Assembly (NCBI GenBank): GCA_934778205.1
Contig: CAKVOD010000002.1
Span: 141,564 to 205,563, forward strand
Direction: 5' to 3'
Source of the DNA: an uncultured Clostridia bacterium
Lineage (GTDB): Bacteria > Bacillota > Clostridia > Christensenellales > UBA1242
Length of the DNA: 64,000 nucleotides
Below are positions 9,104-19,944 of the stretch, one piece after another. Numbering within the stretch: position 1 is the stretch's first letter; every line of letters starts with the position of its first letter. The notes under the pieces were generated by a model, which saw only the letters and a list, made by a program, of their open reading frames with translations, ran no database searches and was not told the DNA's origin. Both the position numbers and the translations under genes were made by a program.

Positions 9104-9814
9104 ATGGATACTATGAAATATAGATTGTTCTCAAACTTGTGTATTTTTGGGATGCTACTTACTCTTTTTTGTATTGCCTACGATGGCGGTATTAAAAGCG
9201 TTTTCAATCCACAAGAGATTGAGCCTTATTACTGTGGGGACGCCAATAAAAACAACATTTCGTTGATGATAAATGTTTATTGGGGAAATGAATACATTGA
9301 GCCGATGCTAAAAACATTGAAAGACAATGATGTTAAAACAACCTTTTTTGTTGGCGGTTCTTGGGCAAACAAAGAAACTGAATTATTACAAAAAATTGTT
9401 GCAGACGGACACGAAATTGGTAATCACGGTTATAACCACAAAGCGCATTCAAAATTGACTTATGAACAAAACTACAACGAAATTAATAAGTGCCACGAAA
9501 TAGTTTTGGCACATACTGGGAAAGTTATGACTTTGTTTGCGCCACCTTCTGGAGATTTTAATAAAACAACTTTAAAAGTAGCGGACGCATTGAAATATAA
9601 AACGATAATGTGGTCAAAAGATACGATTGACTGGCGCGACCATAACACCGATTTAATAGTGAAAAGGGCGACAAAAAACTTGAAAAATGGCGATTTGATT
9701 TTAATGCACCCAACTGAAAATACAATGCAAGCACTGCCTCAAATAATTGATTTTTGCAAGCGAAATAATTTCAATATTACAACAGTTACAAATTGTTTGA
9801 ATTTAATTGCTTGA
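9104..9814 (+). CDS. polysaccharide deacetylase (NodB homology domain), membrane-anchored
   Basis: N-terminal TM helix; the FFVGG...NHGYNH and LMHP blocks are typical of PdaB-like peptidoglycan deacetylases. Confidence 0.75.
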   Translation: MDTMKYRLFSNLCIFGMLLTLFCIAYDGGIKSVFNPQEIEPYYCGDANKNNISLMINVYWGNEYIEPMLKTLKDNDVKTTFFVGGSWANKETELLQKIVADGHEIGNHGYNHKAHSKLTYEQNYNEINKCHEIVLAHTGKVMTLFAPPSGDFNKTTLKVADALKYKTIMWSKDTIDWRDHNTDLIVKRATKNLKNGDLILMHPTENTMQALPQIIDFCKRNNFNITTVTNCLNLIA

Positions 9815-9938
9815 AAAAATCAATTATAATACAAAAAATCTTAAAAAAATTACAAATTTCAAGCCGATTAAGGGCATTTATCCTTGTTTTATAAAGCAAA
9901 ATATGGTATAATCAATTGCTTTATTTAAAGGAGTTAAT

Positions 9939-12650
9939 ATGAATCGTAAAATCCTGTCCAAAGAAAATACTGCGCCCTTGATTGTTTTATTTGTTTCAGT
10001 GCTATTATTGATTTGTATGATGTTTTCAATTCTGGAGTTAGTCAATCATATAATTCTGGGGTTGTTTGGCGCTACTTCATACGTTATATTGCTTTCTTTA
10101 ATTTCTCTAAGCATTACTAAAATTCTTGGACTGAGGAACAATTTGTCAAAAAGTTTTATCGTGTGTTTGTTCGTCATTGCACTTTCAATGCTATTTATTA
10201 CGCACGTTTCTATGACAAATGTTTCTTACTCAATGTCATTTAAAAGCTGTCTAGAATATTCATTTGCGAATGTGACACCTGCAGGCGTCATATTTTCCTT
10301 GATTTTGTATCCCTTAAGATTAGTTTTGCCTCTTGAAGCAGTTATTTGTTTATTTGTTATATTGATTATCGTGTTTTTGTGTATTGCCGTTGACAAACAA
10401 TATCACAACAAGCATATAAGAATATCAAACAAGGCAACTCAGCCAACGAAAGAAGACAAATTGGAAAAGACAAAAGGGACGGGGAAAGCACAAACTATGA
10501 AAGTTCCTAATGTCACAATGGAAAAAAATAAGTCTATGCCGACATTTATTTCAATGCCACTCACTTTGAATGCGCAAATGGAAAAGGAACGCAATGATAG
10601 ATTAGATGATTTGTTAACTCCGATTCAACCACGTAAAATAAGCATCAAAAATCAAGAGAGAGTTCAACCGACCAAAATCGATGCTTCAATATATTCAAAC
10701 ATAATAAATGCCGACGAATTGTCAAAAGGAGTTAAACAATCATCTAGTGATGATGATTTTATATCTCCTTTAAAACCGCAGAAAATATTGCATACTGATA
10801 CAACAGATAGTACAATTATTGGCAAACCACGCACTATTTTGCAAGAAAAAAATCTCGATGAATTTACACCGAACTTAAGTGTCGATGCCAACGATATACC
10901 AACGAATGTTGAAGTTAGTGAAACCATTGATGATGATATAGACGATATTTTAGGAGCGCCCAAAACAGATGCGGTTTCAAAATTAGGGCTTGACAAAAAA
11001 GAAGACAAAGAAATTACTGATTTGGACAAGTTTTTGCAGTGTGAGAGTTCCGTTAGTTCTCCAAAAAAGAACGAAAATGCAACTTCTCCAGCAATAAATA
11101 ATGTAGGACTTGGTTTAAAGAATAATGCAGGTGCTGTGTCATCTAATAATTTGGCTATCAATGAACAAAAAGTTGTAAAACCAAAACCAAAGAAGCCTAT
11201 GAAATACGTTTATCCGCCACTTGAATTATTGACAACACAAAGCACAATTCCTAATCTTGCGGACAATGCCTTTGAAGAAAAAGCGCATACTATTGAAGAA
11301 AAACTTGAAGAATTTAAAATTTCGGCGAAATGTATCGGAGTTACGCGCGGACCTGCGATTACTAGATATGAGTTTGAAATGCCAAGGGGTATTCCTGTAA
11401 ATAAAGTTTTACAATATTCAAACGATATTTCAATGGTCCTTGAAAGTCGAAGGGCAATAAGAATCGAAGCGCCTATACCGGGTAAAAATGCGTTTGGTAT
11501 TGAAGTGCCAAATGATAAAGTGGACACAATCGGCTTGCGCGATTTGATTGATTGCAAAGAGTTTAAGGGGGAAAAGTCGCCACTAACTTTTGCTCTTGGG
11601 AAAGACATTACAAACAAATCAATTATGGGAGATGTCGGCAAGCTTGTGCATACTCTTGTCGCGGGGTCAACAGGTAGTGGTAAGTCAGTTTGTATGAACG
11701 CAATCATTATTTCACTACTTTATAAAGCATCTCCTGCAGATGTGCGCATTATCTTAATCGACCCGAAATTTGTAGAGTTTGCAATCTATGAAAATATGCC
11801 ACATTTGTTGCTCCCTAAGATAGTGACTGAGCCAGCACAAGCAGTCAATGCGCTAAACTGGGCTTGTGAAGAAATGGAGCGAAGAAACCGCATTTTTGGC
11901 AAATTCTATGTTCGTAGTATTGATGAATATAATGAAATGCCTGAAGTTTTGAATGGAACGGAAGAAAAAATGTACAAAATCGTCATTATGGTTGATGAAC
12001 TTAACGACCTAATGATGAACGCAAGAAAAGAGGTTGAAGAAAAAATCTTGAAACTTGCGCAAAAAGCGCGCTCCTGCGGAATACACTTAATTCTTGCAAC
12101 GCAACGTCCGTCAGTTGATGTTATCACGGGGACAATTAAAGCGAACCTGCCTTCACGTATTGCGTTTTCACTCACAAACTATAGTGATAGTAAAACGATT
12201 ATTGACCAAGGGGGTGCTGAAAAGTTGCTTGGCCGTGGTGATATGTTGTATAGTCCGCGTGGGGAAGAACCTACACGTTTGCTTGGACCATTCGTTTCGC
12301 AACAAGAGGTTTCCAGTGTCGTTAAGTTCATAAAAGAACACAACCAGTGCGATTTTGACCCCGAAATTGCAAATGCAATAATGGTCAAGCGTACAAATGA
12401 GGGCGGTGCTGCAGGACCTGCCGATGCCACTAGTGATGAATATTTTGTTCAAGCACTTAGGTGGGCAATTGAATCTCAAGTATGTTCAACTTCCTCATTG
12501 CAAAGGCGTTTTGGAATAGGATATCAAAGAGCAGCACGCCTTGTAGATGCTTTTGAAGCACATCAGTACATTTCAAAAGCGGAAGGGTCAAAACCACGTC
12601 AAATTTTCATCACTATGGAAGAATTTTTGCGCTTATATGGAAATAACTAA
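9939..12650 (+). CDS. ftsK: DNA translocase FtsK/SpoIIIE
   Basis: N-terminal TM helices, a long low-complexity linker, a motor domain with AGSTGSGKSV, and a C-terminal gamma (winged-helix) domain. Confidence 0.9.
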   Translation: MNRKILSKENTAPLIVLFVSVLLLICMMFSILELVNHIILGLFGATSYVILLSLISLSITKILGLRNNLSKSFIVCLFVIALSMLFITHVSMTNVSYSMSFKSCLEYSFANVTPAGVIFSLILYPLRLVLPLEAVICLFVILIIVFLCIAVDKQYHNKHIRISNKATQPTKEDKLEKTKGTGKAQTMKVPNVTMEKNKSMPTFISMPLTLNAQMEKERNDRLDDLLTPIQPRKISIKNQERVQPTKIDASIYSNIINADELSKGVKQSSSDDDFISPLKPQKILHTDTTDSTIIGKPRTILQEKNLDEFTPNLSVDANDIPTNVEVSETIDDDIDDILGAPKTDAVSKLGLDKKEDKEITDLDKFLQCESSVSSPKKNENATSPAINNVGLGLKNNAGAVSSNNLAINEQKVVKPKPKKPMKYVYPPLELLTTQSTIPNLADNAFEEKAHTIEEKLEEFKISAKCIGVTRGPAITRYEFEMPRGIPVNKVLQYSNDISMVLESRRAIRIEAPIPGKNAFGIEVPNDKVDTIGLRDLIDCKEFKGEKSPLTFALGKDITNKSIMGDVGKLVHTLVAGSTGSGKSVCMNAIIISLLYKASPADVRIILIDPKFVEFAIYENMPHLLLPKIVTEPAQAVNALNWACEEMERRNRIFGKFYVRSIDEYNEMPEVLNGTEEKMYKIVIMVDELNDLMMNARKEVEEKILKLAQKARSCGIHLILATQRPSVDVITGTIKANLPSRIAFSLTNYSDSKTIIDQGGAEKLLGRGDMLYSPRGEEPTRLLGPFVSQQEVSSVVKFIKEHNQCDFDPEIANAIMVKRTNEGGAAGPADATSDEYFVQALRWAIESQVCSTSSLQRRFGIGYQRAARLVDAFEAHQYISKAEGSKPRQIFITMEEFLRLYGNN

Positions 12651-12671
12651 TAAATTATGGAGATAACTCAA

Positions 12672-13997
12672 ATGAACACCAATGAAAAAACCGTTGCACT
12701 TGTAAGCCTCGGTTGTGACAAAAATACTGTTGATTCAGAAAAGATTTTATTTTCAATCAAAAATGCTGGATTTAATATAACATCGAATTTAAGAGAAGCA
12801 AATATTATAATTTTGAACACGTGTGCCTTTATTTTAGATGCACAACAAGAGTCAATAGATTCAATTTTGAACGCTGAACAATACAAAAATAATGGCGTGT
12901 GCGAAAAAATTCTGGTATGTGGCTGTTTAGTTGCACGTAATGGTGCTGATTTGGTCAAAGAAATACCGAGCATAGATAGAATTGTCAATATTAATGAATA
13001 TGACAAAATTCCTGAAATAATATGCAAACTTTATGACGATGACAGTTTTAATATTTGCAAATCACAAATGGTGGGCCGAATTTTGTCGACGCCGCAACAT
13101 TATGCATATGTTAAAATTGCAGATGGTTGCGACAATTTTTGTACTTATTGTACTATACCCAAAATTCGCGGGCGCTTTAGAAGTCGTACAATTGAGGATA
13201 TTGTCGATGAATGCAAAAACCTTGTTCGTGATGGGGTTAAAGAACTTATTATAGTTGCTCAAGACGTGACACGTTATGGAATAGATTTGTACGGAGAATA
13301 TAAAATTGTTGAATTAATCAACAAACTCAGTCAAATTGAGGGCGTCAAATGGATTAGACTACATTATTGCTATCCTGAGTTGATTTCTGATGAATTAATC
13401 AATCTTGTAGCAACAAATGACAAAGTTTGCAAATACTTTGATATTCCTTTGCAACACATTGCAAACAATGTTCTCAAAAAAATGAACAGAAAAAGCACAT
13501 ATGAGTCAATTTGCAAGTTGATTGAAAAGATAAAATTGCAAAGCAAAAAAATTGCGATAAGGTCCTCATTTATTGTCGGTTTCCCGGGCGAAACTGAGCA
13601 AGATTTTGAACAACTAAAAGATTTTGTCGTTAAATTTAAACTTGATAATGTGGGCGTTTTTCAGTATTCGCGCGAAGATGGGACACCCGCATTCAGTATG
13701 CCAAACCAAGTCACGAGTAAAGTAAAAAAACAACGCCAAAAAGAAATATATCAAGTTCAACAAAATGTTGTAAAAGAACTTAATGAATCAATGGTTGGGC
13801 AAGTTATTACTGCAGTTTGTGATGACATTGAGGGAGATAAAGCAATTTTGCGCAGTGAGTACAATTCGCCAAATGTCGACACAGATATCATTTGCGAGGC
13901 GATTGACGGAATCGAGCAAGGCCAATTTTACCAAGTGGAGATTATAGGATACACTGACTATGACCTTGTGGGCGCAATTAAAGGAGAAAACGTATGA
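12672..13997 (+). CDS. rimO: ribosomal protein S12 methylthiotransferase RimO
   Basis: VSLGCDKNTVDSE N-terminus, radical-SAM CDNFCTYC, TRAM C-terminus. GGAG lies 9 nt upstream of the ATG at 12672; 12657 is an alternative start. Confidence 0.85.
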   Translation: MNTNEKTVALVSLGCDKNTVDSEKILFSIKNAGFNITSNLREANIIILNTCAFILDAQQESIDSILNAEQYKNNGVCEKILVCGCLVARNGADLVKEIPSIDRIVNINEYDKIPEIICKLYDDDSFNICKSQMVGRILSTPQHYAYVKIADGCDNFCTYCTIPKIRGRFRSRTIEDIVDECKNLVRDGVKELIIVAQDVTRYGIDLYGEYKIVELINKLSQIEGVKWIRLHYCYPELISDELINLVATNDKVCKYFDIPLQHIANNVLKKMNRKSTYESICKLIEKIKLQSKKIAIRSSFIVGFPGETEQDFEQLKDFVVKFKLDNVGVFQYSREDGTPAFSMPNQVTSKVKKQRQKEIYQVQQNVVKELNESMVGQVITAVCDDIEGDKAILRSEYNSPNVDTDIICEAIDGIEQGQFYQVEIIGYTDYDLVGAIKGENV

Positions 13998-14572
13998 ATT
14001 TACCAAACAAAATTTCAATTTCAAGAATTGTAATGGTGCCAGTCATTATGGCGCTTTATCTAATCTCAGCGATTCCTTATGGAAAACTAATAGCATTTTT
14101 CTTGTTTATTATTGCATCTGTTACAGATTTTTTGGATGGATACATAGCAAGAAAGTATAATCAAGTTACAGATACGGGCAAATTTTTGGATCCAATTGCG
14201 GACAAATTGCTTGTTATGGCAGGAGTTCTCATTATAATGGTAGATGCAATTTTGCCGTTGTATGTGTACATTATTGTGTGCGCGATGATTTTTGCTCGAG
14301 ATTACTTAGTAAATAGTTTGAGGCAAGTTGCTTCAACTAAGGGTGTCGTGATTGCTGCCGACAAGTCGGGCAAAATCAAAACTTTGTTGCTTGACATTGC
14401 ACTTTGTGGAATGATGTTGCTTGGGGCAAACTTGCAAGCAGGTTGGGTTAGTGGTACGGCTGTAGATGTTATTTCGTACATTGTGTACGCGATTTCAATT
14501 TCTGCATTATTTATGCTTGTATATTCAACTATTGATTATTTCTATAAAAATAGAAACATTTTTAAAGGGTGA
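13994..14572 (+). CDS. pgsA: CDP-diacylglycerol--glycerol-3-phosphate 3-phosphatidyltransferase
   Basis: DFLDGYIARK...DPIADK CDP-alcohol phosphatidyltransferase motif. Confidence 0.9.
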   Translation: MNLPNKISISRIVMVPVIMALYLISAIPYGKLIAFFLFIIASVTDFLDGYIARKYNQVTDTGKFLDPIADKLLVMAGVLIIMVDAILPLYVYIIVCAMIFARDYLVNSLRQVASTKGVVIAADKSGKIKTLLLDIALCGMMLLGANLQAGWVSGTAVDVISYIVYAISISALFMLVYSTIDYFYKNRNIFKG

Positions 14573-14575
14573 GGA

Positions 14576-15649
14576 ATGAAAACATCGGTTTTTGTTGTTA
14601 TGAATGAATTTAATTCAAAAATATTAATCGAAAACTACAAAATTTTACAAAAGCAGTTCTTCAAGTTGGGGCTTGACATTGCGCAATTCGCTGTTGTCGA
14701 AGATTTACTAGGTGTCGATTATAAGTCATTTGGAACAGGGCTGAAAATTTTTATTGAAGATGAAGACAAAAAAGCAAGTTCGTTGCTTGTGCCATTGAAC
14801 AAAATGGATGATTTTGGCAATGGCATTTTTGCAAGTGCCGAAAACAATATGGTTGTCATCAATAAAATAATTCTTAAGTCGTTGGAAGAATTAAAAAAAA
14901 TAGTAAACGATGTTTTGAAAATAAACTATGACAATTTTTCAATTAAATGTTTTGGCATTAACGAAGAAAATTTGTGCAACTATTTGAAGAAATTTAAGAA
15001 TAGCAACAATGTTTTTGATTATTTTACGCAAACAGAATATGGCGATAGTTTGATTGTTTTCCGTTTTATTTCAAGTGTTGCGCCAAATATCAAAGATGGA
15101 ATCGTTTCAATGTTTGTAAAAGACTTGAAAGATACATTTTATGCTTCAAAAGATGTTTCGCTTTCGCGTGCGGTATTTGAAATTTTGACATTAAGAAAGG
15201 TAAAAATAAGTACTGCAGAAAGTTTTACTTCGGGGCAGGTCGCGAATACTATAATTCGTGAAAATGCAGGCGCTAGCGCAATAATTGAAGATGCCTATGT
15301 TGTGTATTCTGACAAGATAAAGCACAATGTTTTAGGTGTTGAACAGGCAACACTTCAAAAATATACAGCAGTCAGTGCTGAAACAGCTTATGAAATGATA
15401 ACTGGACTGCTTAATAAAAGCTCTTGCGATATCGCAATTGCAACAACTGGGTATGCAAATCATACTGACCCCAAATTGTCAGGATTGTTCTTTACAGCAG
15501 TTGGTGACAAGGAAGCAGTACACGTCTATAAACACAAAATCGACGGCGATAGGGAGTTTGTTATTAGATATGGTACAAATGTTGCAATCTTTGAATTGAT
15601 AAAAAAACTTCGCCAAAATGCTTTGAATATTTCAAATTTTGCTATATAA
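14576..15649 (+). CDS. cinA: CinA family protein (PncC-like C-terminal domain, divergent N-terminal half)
   Basis: C-terminal ISTAESFTSGQVA...IATTGYA motif; conserved pgsA-cinA-recA order. Confidence 0.7.
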   Translation: MKTSVFVVMNEFNSKILIENYKILQKQFFKLGLDIAQFAVVEDLLGVDYKSFGTGLKIFIEDEDKKASSLLVPLNKMDDFGNGIFASAENNMVVINKIILKSLEELKKIVNDVLKINYDNFSIKCFGINEENLCNYLKKFKNSNNVFDYFTQTEYGDSLIVFRFISSVAPNIKDGIVSMFVKDLKDTFYASKDVSLSRAVFEILTLRKVKISTAESFTSGQVANTIIRENAGASAIIEDAYVVYSDKIKHNVLGVEQATLQKYTAVSAETAYEMITGLLNKSSCDIAIATTGYANHTDPKLSGLFFTAVGDKEAVHVYKHKIDGDREFVIRYGTNVAIFELIKKLRQNALNISNFAI

Positions 15650-15682
15650 TATATGCATATAAAATGAAAAATGGAGAAAATT

Positions 15683-16687
15683 ATGTCACAAAAAGATGAA
15701 ATCCTTGAGCAAGTTATTGCTGACCTTGAAAAACAGTACGGCAAAGGCTCTATTATGAAACTAGGGGAAAAATATTATCAAAAGGTTGATGTTATTCCAA
15801 CAGGTTGTATGACCCTTGATAACGCACTTGGAATCGGAGGATTACCAAAGGGTAGAATTATTGAAATTTACGGACCAGAGTCATCAGGTAAAACAACAGT
15901 AGCGCTACATGTAATTGCTGAAGCACAGAAAATGGGGGGTGTTGCCGCTTTTATCGATGCTGAACACGCGCTTGACCCAATTTATGCTAGTAAAATAGGT
16001 GTTGACGTTCAAAACTTGTATTTGTCACAACCTGATACTGGAGAACAAGCACTTGATATTGCTGAATCACTTGTTCGTAGTGGTGCATTTAGCATAATAG
16101 TCATAGATTCAGTTGCAGCTCTCACACCAAAGGCGGAAATTGAAGGCGAAATGGGCGATAGTTTCATCGGCTTACAAGCAAGATTGATGTCACAAGCGCT
16201 TAGAAAGTTGACTGGTATTATCAATAAATCAAACACTTGTGTTATTTTCATCAATCAATTGCGTGAAAAAGTCGGGGTTATATTTGGCTCGCCTGAAGTT
16301 ACAACTGGTGGTAAAGCCCTGAAATTCTATGCTTCTATTCGTATAGACATTAGAAAAGCCGACGTTATTAAAGTTGGAGATACTATTGTCGGGAATAAGA
16401 CAAAGGCAAAAGTTGTAAAAAACAAAATGTCGCCTCCGTTTAAAGTCGCTGAATTTGATATTATGTACGGAACAGGCATTTCTAGAGAAGGTAGCTTGCT
16501 TGATACTGCTGTTGAGAAGAATATAATTCAAAAAAGTGGCGCTTGGTTTGCGTACAATGGAGATAAAATTGGACAAGGGAAAGAGGCGGCTAAGCAGTTC
16601 CTTGCGAATAATCCTGATGTATATGAGGAAATTTATCAAAAAATTAAAGCATCATATGACGTTATTGAAGATGGTGGAATACAATAA
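15683..16687 (+). CDS. recA: recombinase RecA
   Basis: GPESSGKTT Walker A and full-length RecA similarity. GGAG lies 6 nt upstream of the ATG at 15683. Confidence 0.97.
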   Translation: MSQKDEILEQVIADLEKQYGKGSIMKLGEKYYQKVDVIPTGCMTLDNALGIGGLPKGRIIEIYGPESSGKTTVALHVIAEAQKMGGVAAFIDAEHALDPIYASKIGVDVQNLYLSQPDTGEQALDIAESLVRSGAFSIIVIDSVAALTPKAEIEGEMGDSFIGLQARLMSQALRKLTGIINKSNTCVIFINQLREKVGVIFGSPEVTTGGKALKFYASIRIDIRKADVIKVGDTIVGNKTKAKVVKNKMSPPFKVAEFDIMYGTGISREGSLLDTAVEKNIIQKSGAWFAYNGDKIGQGKEAAKQFLANNPDVYEEIYQKIKASYDVIEDGGIQ

Positions 16688-16694
16688 TATATCA

Positions 16695-16724
16695 AAAAAC
16701 TGTAAGAATTTTGCAGTTTTTTTG
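16695..16724 (+). terminator. Rho-independent terminator after recA
   Basis: aaaactg...cagtttt stem followed by a T-run. Confidence 0.5.
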
Positions 16725-16942
16725 TTTTTGTCCAGGGGATAAATGTTTGGACGTATGTTGATATTTTGAATTAATTTGCATTATATTTTAAAAATAACGA
16801 ATAAAAAAATGAGACTAAATTGTCAATTAACAACTATTTTGTAAATATAGCGCAAATAACTTGACAAAAACTTCAAAAAAATATAAAATTTAGATGTACA
16901 TATTTTAAAATATGTATAATATTTGTAGGAGAAATAATCGAT

Positions 16943-18535
16943 ATGTATATAGGAATGCTTTGTGGCATCAGTATCGGTGTTTTCTCATTAATTTTAATAA
17001 TAATTGGTTGTTTGGCAATTGGGGTTACTGGCGGTTATTTTCTTTATAAATTAATTGTCCAGAAAAAAATTGACAATGCTACTAAATCGGCAAAAAAAAT
17101 TATTGAAGACGCCATTAATGATGCTAAGGCTCAAAAAAAGGAACTAATCATTGAAGCAAAAGACGAAATTTTTAAATTGAAAGCGGACACAGACCTTGAA
17201 ATTAAGGAACGTCGCCAAGAAATTCAAAAAATGGAAGACCGACTTTTGCAAAGAGAGGAATTTCAAAATAAAAAAGAGCAATATCTAGATCAAAAACTTA
17301 ATCAAATAGAACAATTAAAAGAAAAACTTGATGAGCAAGAAAACTTGCTTATTGAAAAAGAAGAAAAAATTGATACAAAAGCCAACGACATAGTAACAGA
17401 ACTTGAGCGTGTTGCTGGACTTTCGCAAGAACAAGCCAAAAATAATCTAATGGATATGGTTCGAGAAGATGCAAGAAAGGCTATTGCCGTTGAAATTAGA
17501 GATATGGAAGAAGAAGCAAAAGAAAGTGCAGAAAGAAAGGCTATTGATATTGTGACACAAGCAATTCAAAGATGCGCTACTGACCATACGGCTGAAATCA
17601 CTGTTACATCAGTAAATATTCCAAATGAGGAAATGAAGGGCAGACTTATCGGTCGTGAAGGGCGAAACATTCGCGCACTTGAGGCGACAACAGGCATTGA
17701 TTTGATTATTGATGACACGCCTGAAACAATTGTGCTTTCAAGTTTTGACCCCTTGAGGCGAGAAGTTGCTAAAAGAACAATTGAAAAACTAATGATGGAT
17801 GGCAGAATACACCCAGCGAGAATAGAAGAAATGGTTGAAAAAGTCCGCAAGGATTTGGAAAACGAAATGAGACAAGTTGGGGAAGATGCTTCGTACGAGG
17901 CTAATGTACACGGATTGCATCCAGCGCTCACTATGTTGCTTGGCAGACTCAAATACAGAACAAGTTATAGTCAAAACGTTTTAATTCACTCAATTGAGGT
18001 ATCTCATTTGGCTGCTATGATGGCATCTGAACTTGGTGTTGATGTTGAAACTGCAAAGCGCGGTGGATTACTTCACGACATTGGAAAGGCAATTGACCAC
18101 GAGGTTGAAGGCACACATACTGAATTGGGCGTTCAACTTGCACGAAAATACAAAGAAAACGAGGCCGTTATTCATTGTATTGAGGCACACCATGGAGATG
18201 TCCCGTTCCATTCTATTGAGGCGATATTAGTTCAAGTTGCTGACGCAATTTCAAGTTCTCGCCCGGGTGCAAGACGCGAAAGTCTTGAAAGTTACATCAA
18301 ACGCGTGGAAAAACTTGAGGAAATTTCAAGTTCGTTTGTAGGCGTCGATAAAGCATATGCAATTCAAGCGGGACGTGAGGTCAGAGTCATAGTTAAACCA
18401 GAGGAAATCACAGATGAGCAAGCAATGTTTCTTGCACAAGATATTGCTAAAAAAATTGAGGAAGAAGTTGACTATCCAGGGCAAATCAAAGTCAATGTTA
18501 TTAGAGAATCGCGTTGCATAAATTATGCAAAATAA
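16943..18535 (+). CDS. rny: ribonuclease Y
   Basis: N-terminal TM helix, coiled coil, KH domain ([12 protein letters not shown]), HD domain (LLHDIGK). Confidence 0.95.
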   Translation: MYIGMLCGISIGVFSLILIIIGCLAIGVTGGYFLYKLIVQKKIDNATKSAKKIIEDAINDAKAQKKELIIEAKDEIFKLKADTDLEIKERRQEIQKMEDRLLQREEFQNKKEQYLDQKLNQIEQLKEKLDEQENLLIEKEEKIDTKANDIVTELERVAGLSQEQAKNNLMDMVREDARKAIAVEIRDMEEEAKESAERKAIDIVTQAIQRCATDHTAEITVTSVNIPNEEMKGRLIGREGRNIRALEATTGIDLIIDDTPETIVLSSFDPLRREVAKRTIEKLMMDGRIHPARIEEMVEKVRKDLENEMRQVGEDASYEANVHGLHPALTMLLGRLKYRTSYSQNVLIHSIEVSHLAAMMASELGVDVETAKRGGLLHDIGKAIDHEVEGTHTELGVQLARKYKENEAVIHCIEAHHGDVPFHSIEAILVQVADAISSSRPGARRESLESYIKRVEKLEEISSSFVGVDKAYAIQAGREVRVIVKPEEITDEQAMFLAQDIAKKIEEEVDYPGQIKVNVIRESRCINYAK

Positions 18536-18539
18536 AAAA

Positions 18540-18575
18540 ATACACACTATCTATTTCAGATGGTGTGTTTTTTTG
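18540..18575 (+). terminator. Rho-independent terminator after rny
   Basis: acacac...gtgtgt stem followed by TTTTTTT. Confidence 0.55.
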
Positions 18576-18629
18576 ATGTGAAAGAGAAATATATTCTTAT
18601 CACGCCAAATTTAATTGCAAAATGGCGCT

Positions 18630-19076
18630 CTAACAAATAGTGTTGTTTTTCAATACTTCGCCACGCGCAAGTTCGTCACAAATATTGTTGTACATATCGT
18701 CTGCGTGCCCTTTGACTTTGTGCCAAACAATTTCGTGGTAGTCGTTATATTTAATCAATTTTTGCCACAAATCTTTGTTTAAAACTTCTTTCTTGTTAGA
18801 ATTGCGCCAATTGTTCTTTTGCCACTTTGAAATCCAGTCGCTTGTGAAAGCATTATAAATATATGCTGAGTCAGTGTAGATATGCACCTTACAGCGTTCT
18901 TTCAATAAGTTCAAAGCAGACAAAACCGCTTGCAATTCCATTCTGTTGTTAGTAGTTTCAGGGACATAACCTGAAATTCTTTTTTCGACCCCTTTATATA
19001 GTAGAACTGCTCCCCAACCGCCAGGGCCAGGGTTATAAGAGCACGCGCCATCTGTGTAAATAGTTAATTCTTTCAT
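18630..19076 (-). CDS. rnhA: ribonuclease HI
   Basis: IYTDGAC...NNRMEL...TDS...HKVKGHA catalytic DEDD pattern. Confidence 0.9.
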   Translation of the reverse strand: MKELTIYTDGACSYNPGPGGWGAVLLYKGVEKRISGYVPETTNNRMELQAVLSALNLLKERCKVHIYTDSAYIYNAFTSDWISKWQKNNWRNSNKKEVLNKDLWQKLIKYNDYHEIVWHKVKGHADDMYNNICDELARGEVLKNNTIC

Positions 19077-19101
19077 AGATACATTATATCAAACAAATGC
19101 A

Positions 19102-19944
19102 TTAAATACAATTAGATTTTTGTGTTTTAACAAAATTTACAAAGTTTTTATAAAATATTTTTTCAATATCACTTTCTTTGTAGCCTGCATTTTTGAAACA
19201 TTTATATAAATTGCAAAAATCATTGTAATTTTTCAATTTATGTGGAAGGTTTGTAGTTCCATAAAAATCACTGCCAAGACCTATAGATTCGCATCCAAAC
19301 GCTTGAACAATAGCATCGATGATATAAAATATATCGACATAAGTTGTTCGTTTTTTATTAGAGAAAAATTCTTGCACAAACGTGATTCCCAAAAATCCTT
19401 TTGATTCAAAAATTGCCTTGACTTGTTCAATGTCAATATTTCGTCGGTGTTCTTTGAATGCTGATACGCAAGTGTGTGAATTAAAAATAGGGTGCTTTAT
19501 TAATTTGACCACATCCCAAAACGAACGTCTATTTAAGTGAGCAGTATCTATTAAAGTTTTATTCTCGTTTAGTACTTTGACAAGATTTTGTCCTTTTGTT
19601 GTCAACCCAGAAAAGCCAAATGCGCCCCCTGCAAATTTGTTGTCGTAGTTCCAAGTCAAGGAACACGAAAACGGGGCAAAATCAAGCAGTGGCTGAACTT
19701 TTTTTACAAAACCAATGTTTTCGAATGAAAAAATGCAACTTTTTTTTAGATATAAATTGTCATTTACTCTGTTTCTTAGTTGTTTTGCAAGGCTAAAGTT
19801 TAATGGACTTGCATCATTAGAAAAAAGAATAGCGTTGCATAAAACAACATTATTCTTTTCAAACTCATCATTAAGTTTTGGTAAATCACATTTTTCGTTT
19901 GTCAAAAAGTCATTGTGAGCATCGCTTATTGCACAACATTGCAT
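19102..19944 (-). CDS. membrane dipeptidase family (peptidase M19) protein
   Basis: DAHNDF, SLTWNYDN, DTAHL, HRRNI and GLGSDFYG blocks match the M19 metal-binding pattern. Confidence 0.7.
   Translation of the reverse strand: MQCCAISDAHNDFLTNEKCDLPKLNDEFEKNNVVLCNAILFSNDASPLNFSLAKQLRNRVNDNLYLKKSCIFSFENIGFVKKVQPLLDFAPFSCSLTWNYDNKFAGGAFGFSGLTTKGQNLVKVLNENKTLIDTAHLNRRSFWDVVKLIKHPIFNSHTCVSAFKEHRRNIDIEQVKAIFESKGFLGITFVQEFFSNKKRTTYVDIFYIIDAIVQAFGCESIGLGSDFYGTTNLPHKLKNYNDFCNLYKCFKNAGYKESDIEKIFYKNFVNFVKTQKSNCI

Noticed and set aside
15600-15682. A search for Firmicutes-type SOS boxes (GAAC-N4-GTTC) upstream of recA and lexA. The nearest sequences are TTTGAATATTTCAAA upstream of recA (about 15626-15640) and AGAAAATTTGTTTG at the lexA -35 (about 28597-28610).
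   Set aside because: Neither matches the GAAC-N4-GTTC spacing or core. I cannot support an SOS-box call without knowing the LexA motif of this lineage.
18540-18575. The rny terminator (AATACACAC...GGTGTGTTT) shares the AATACAC / GTGT ends of the double-palindrome operator.
   Set aside because: The spacer is 16 nt rather than 8. It is followed by a T-run directly after a stop codon and there is no second dyad. It behaves as an ordinary intrinsic terminator.
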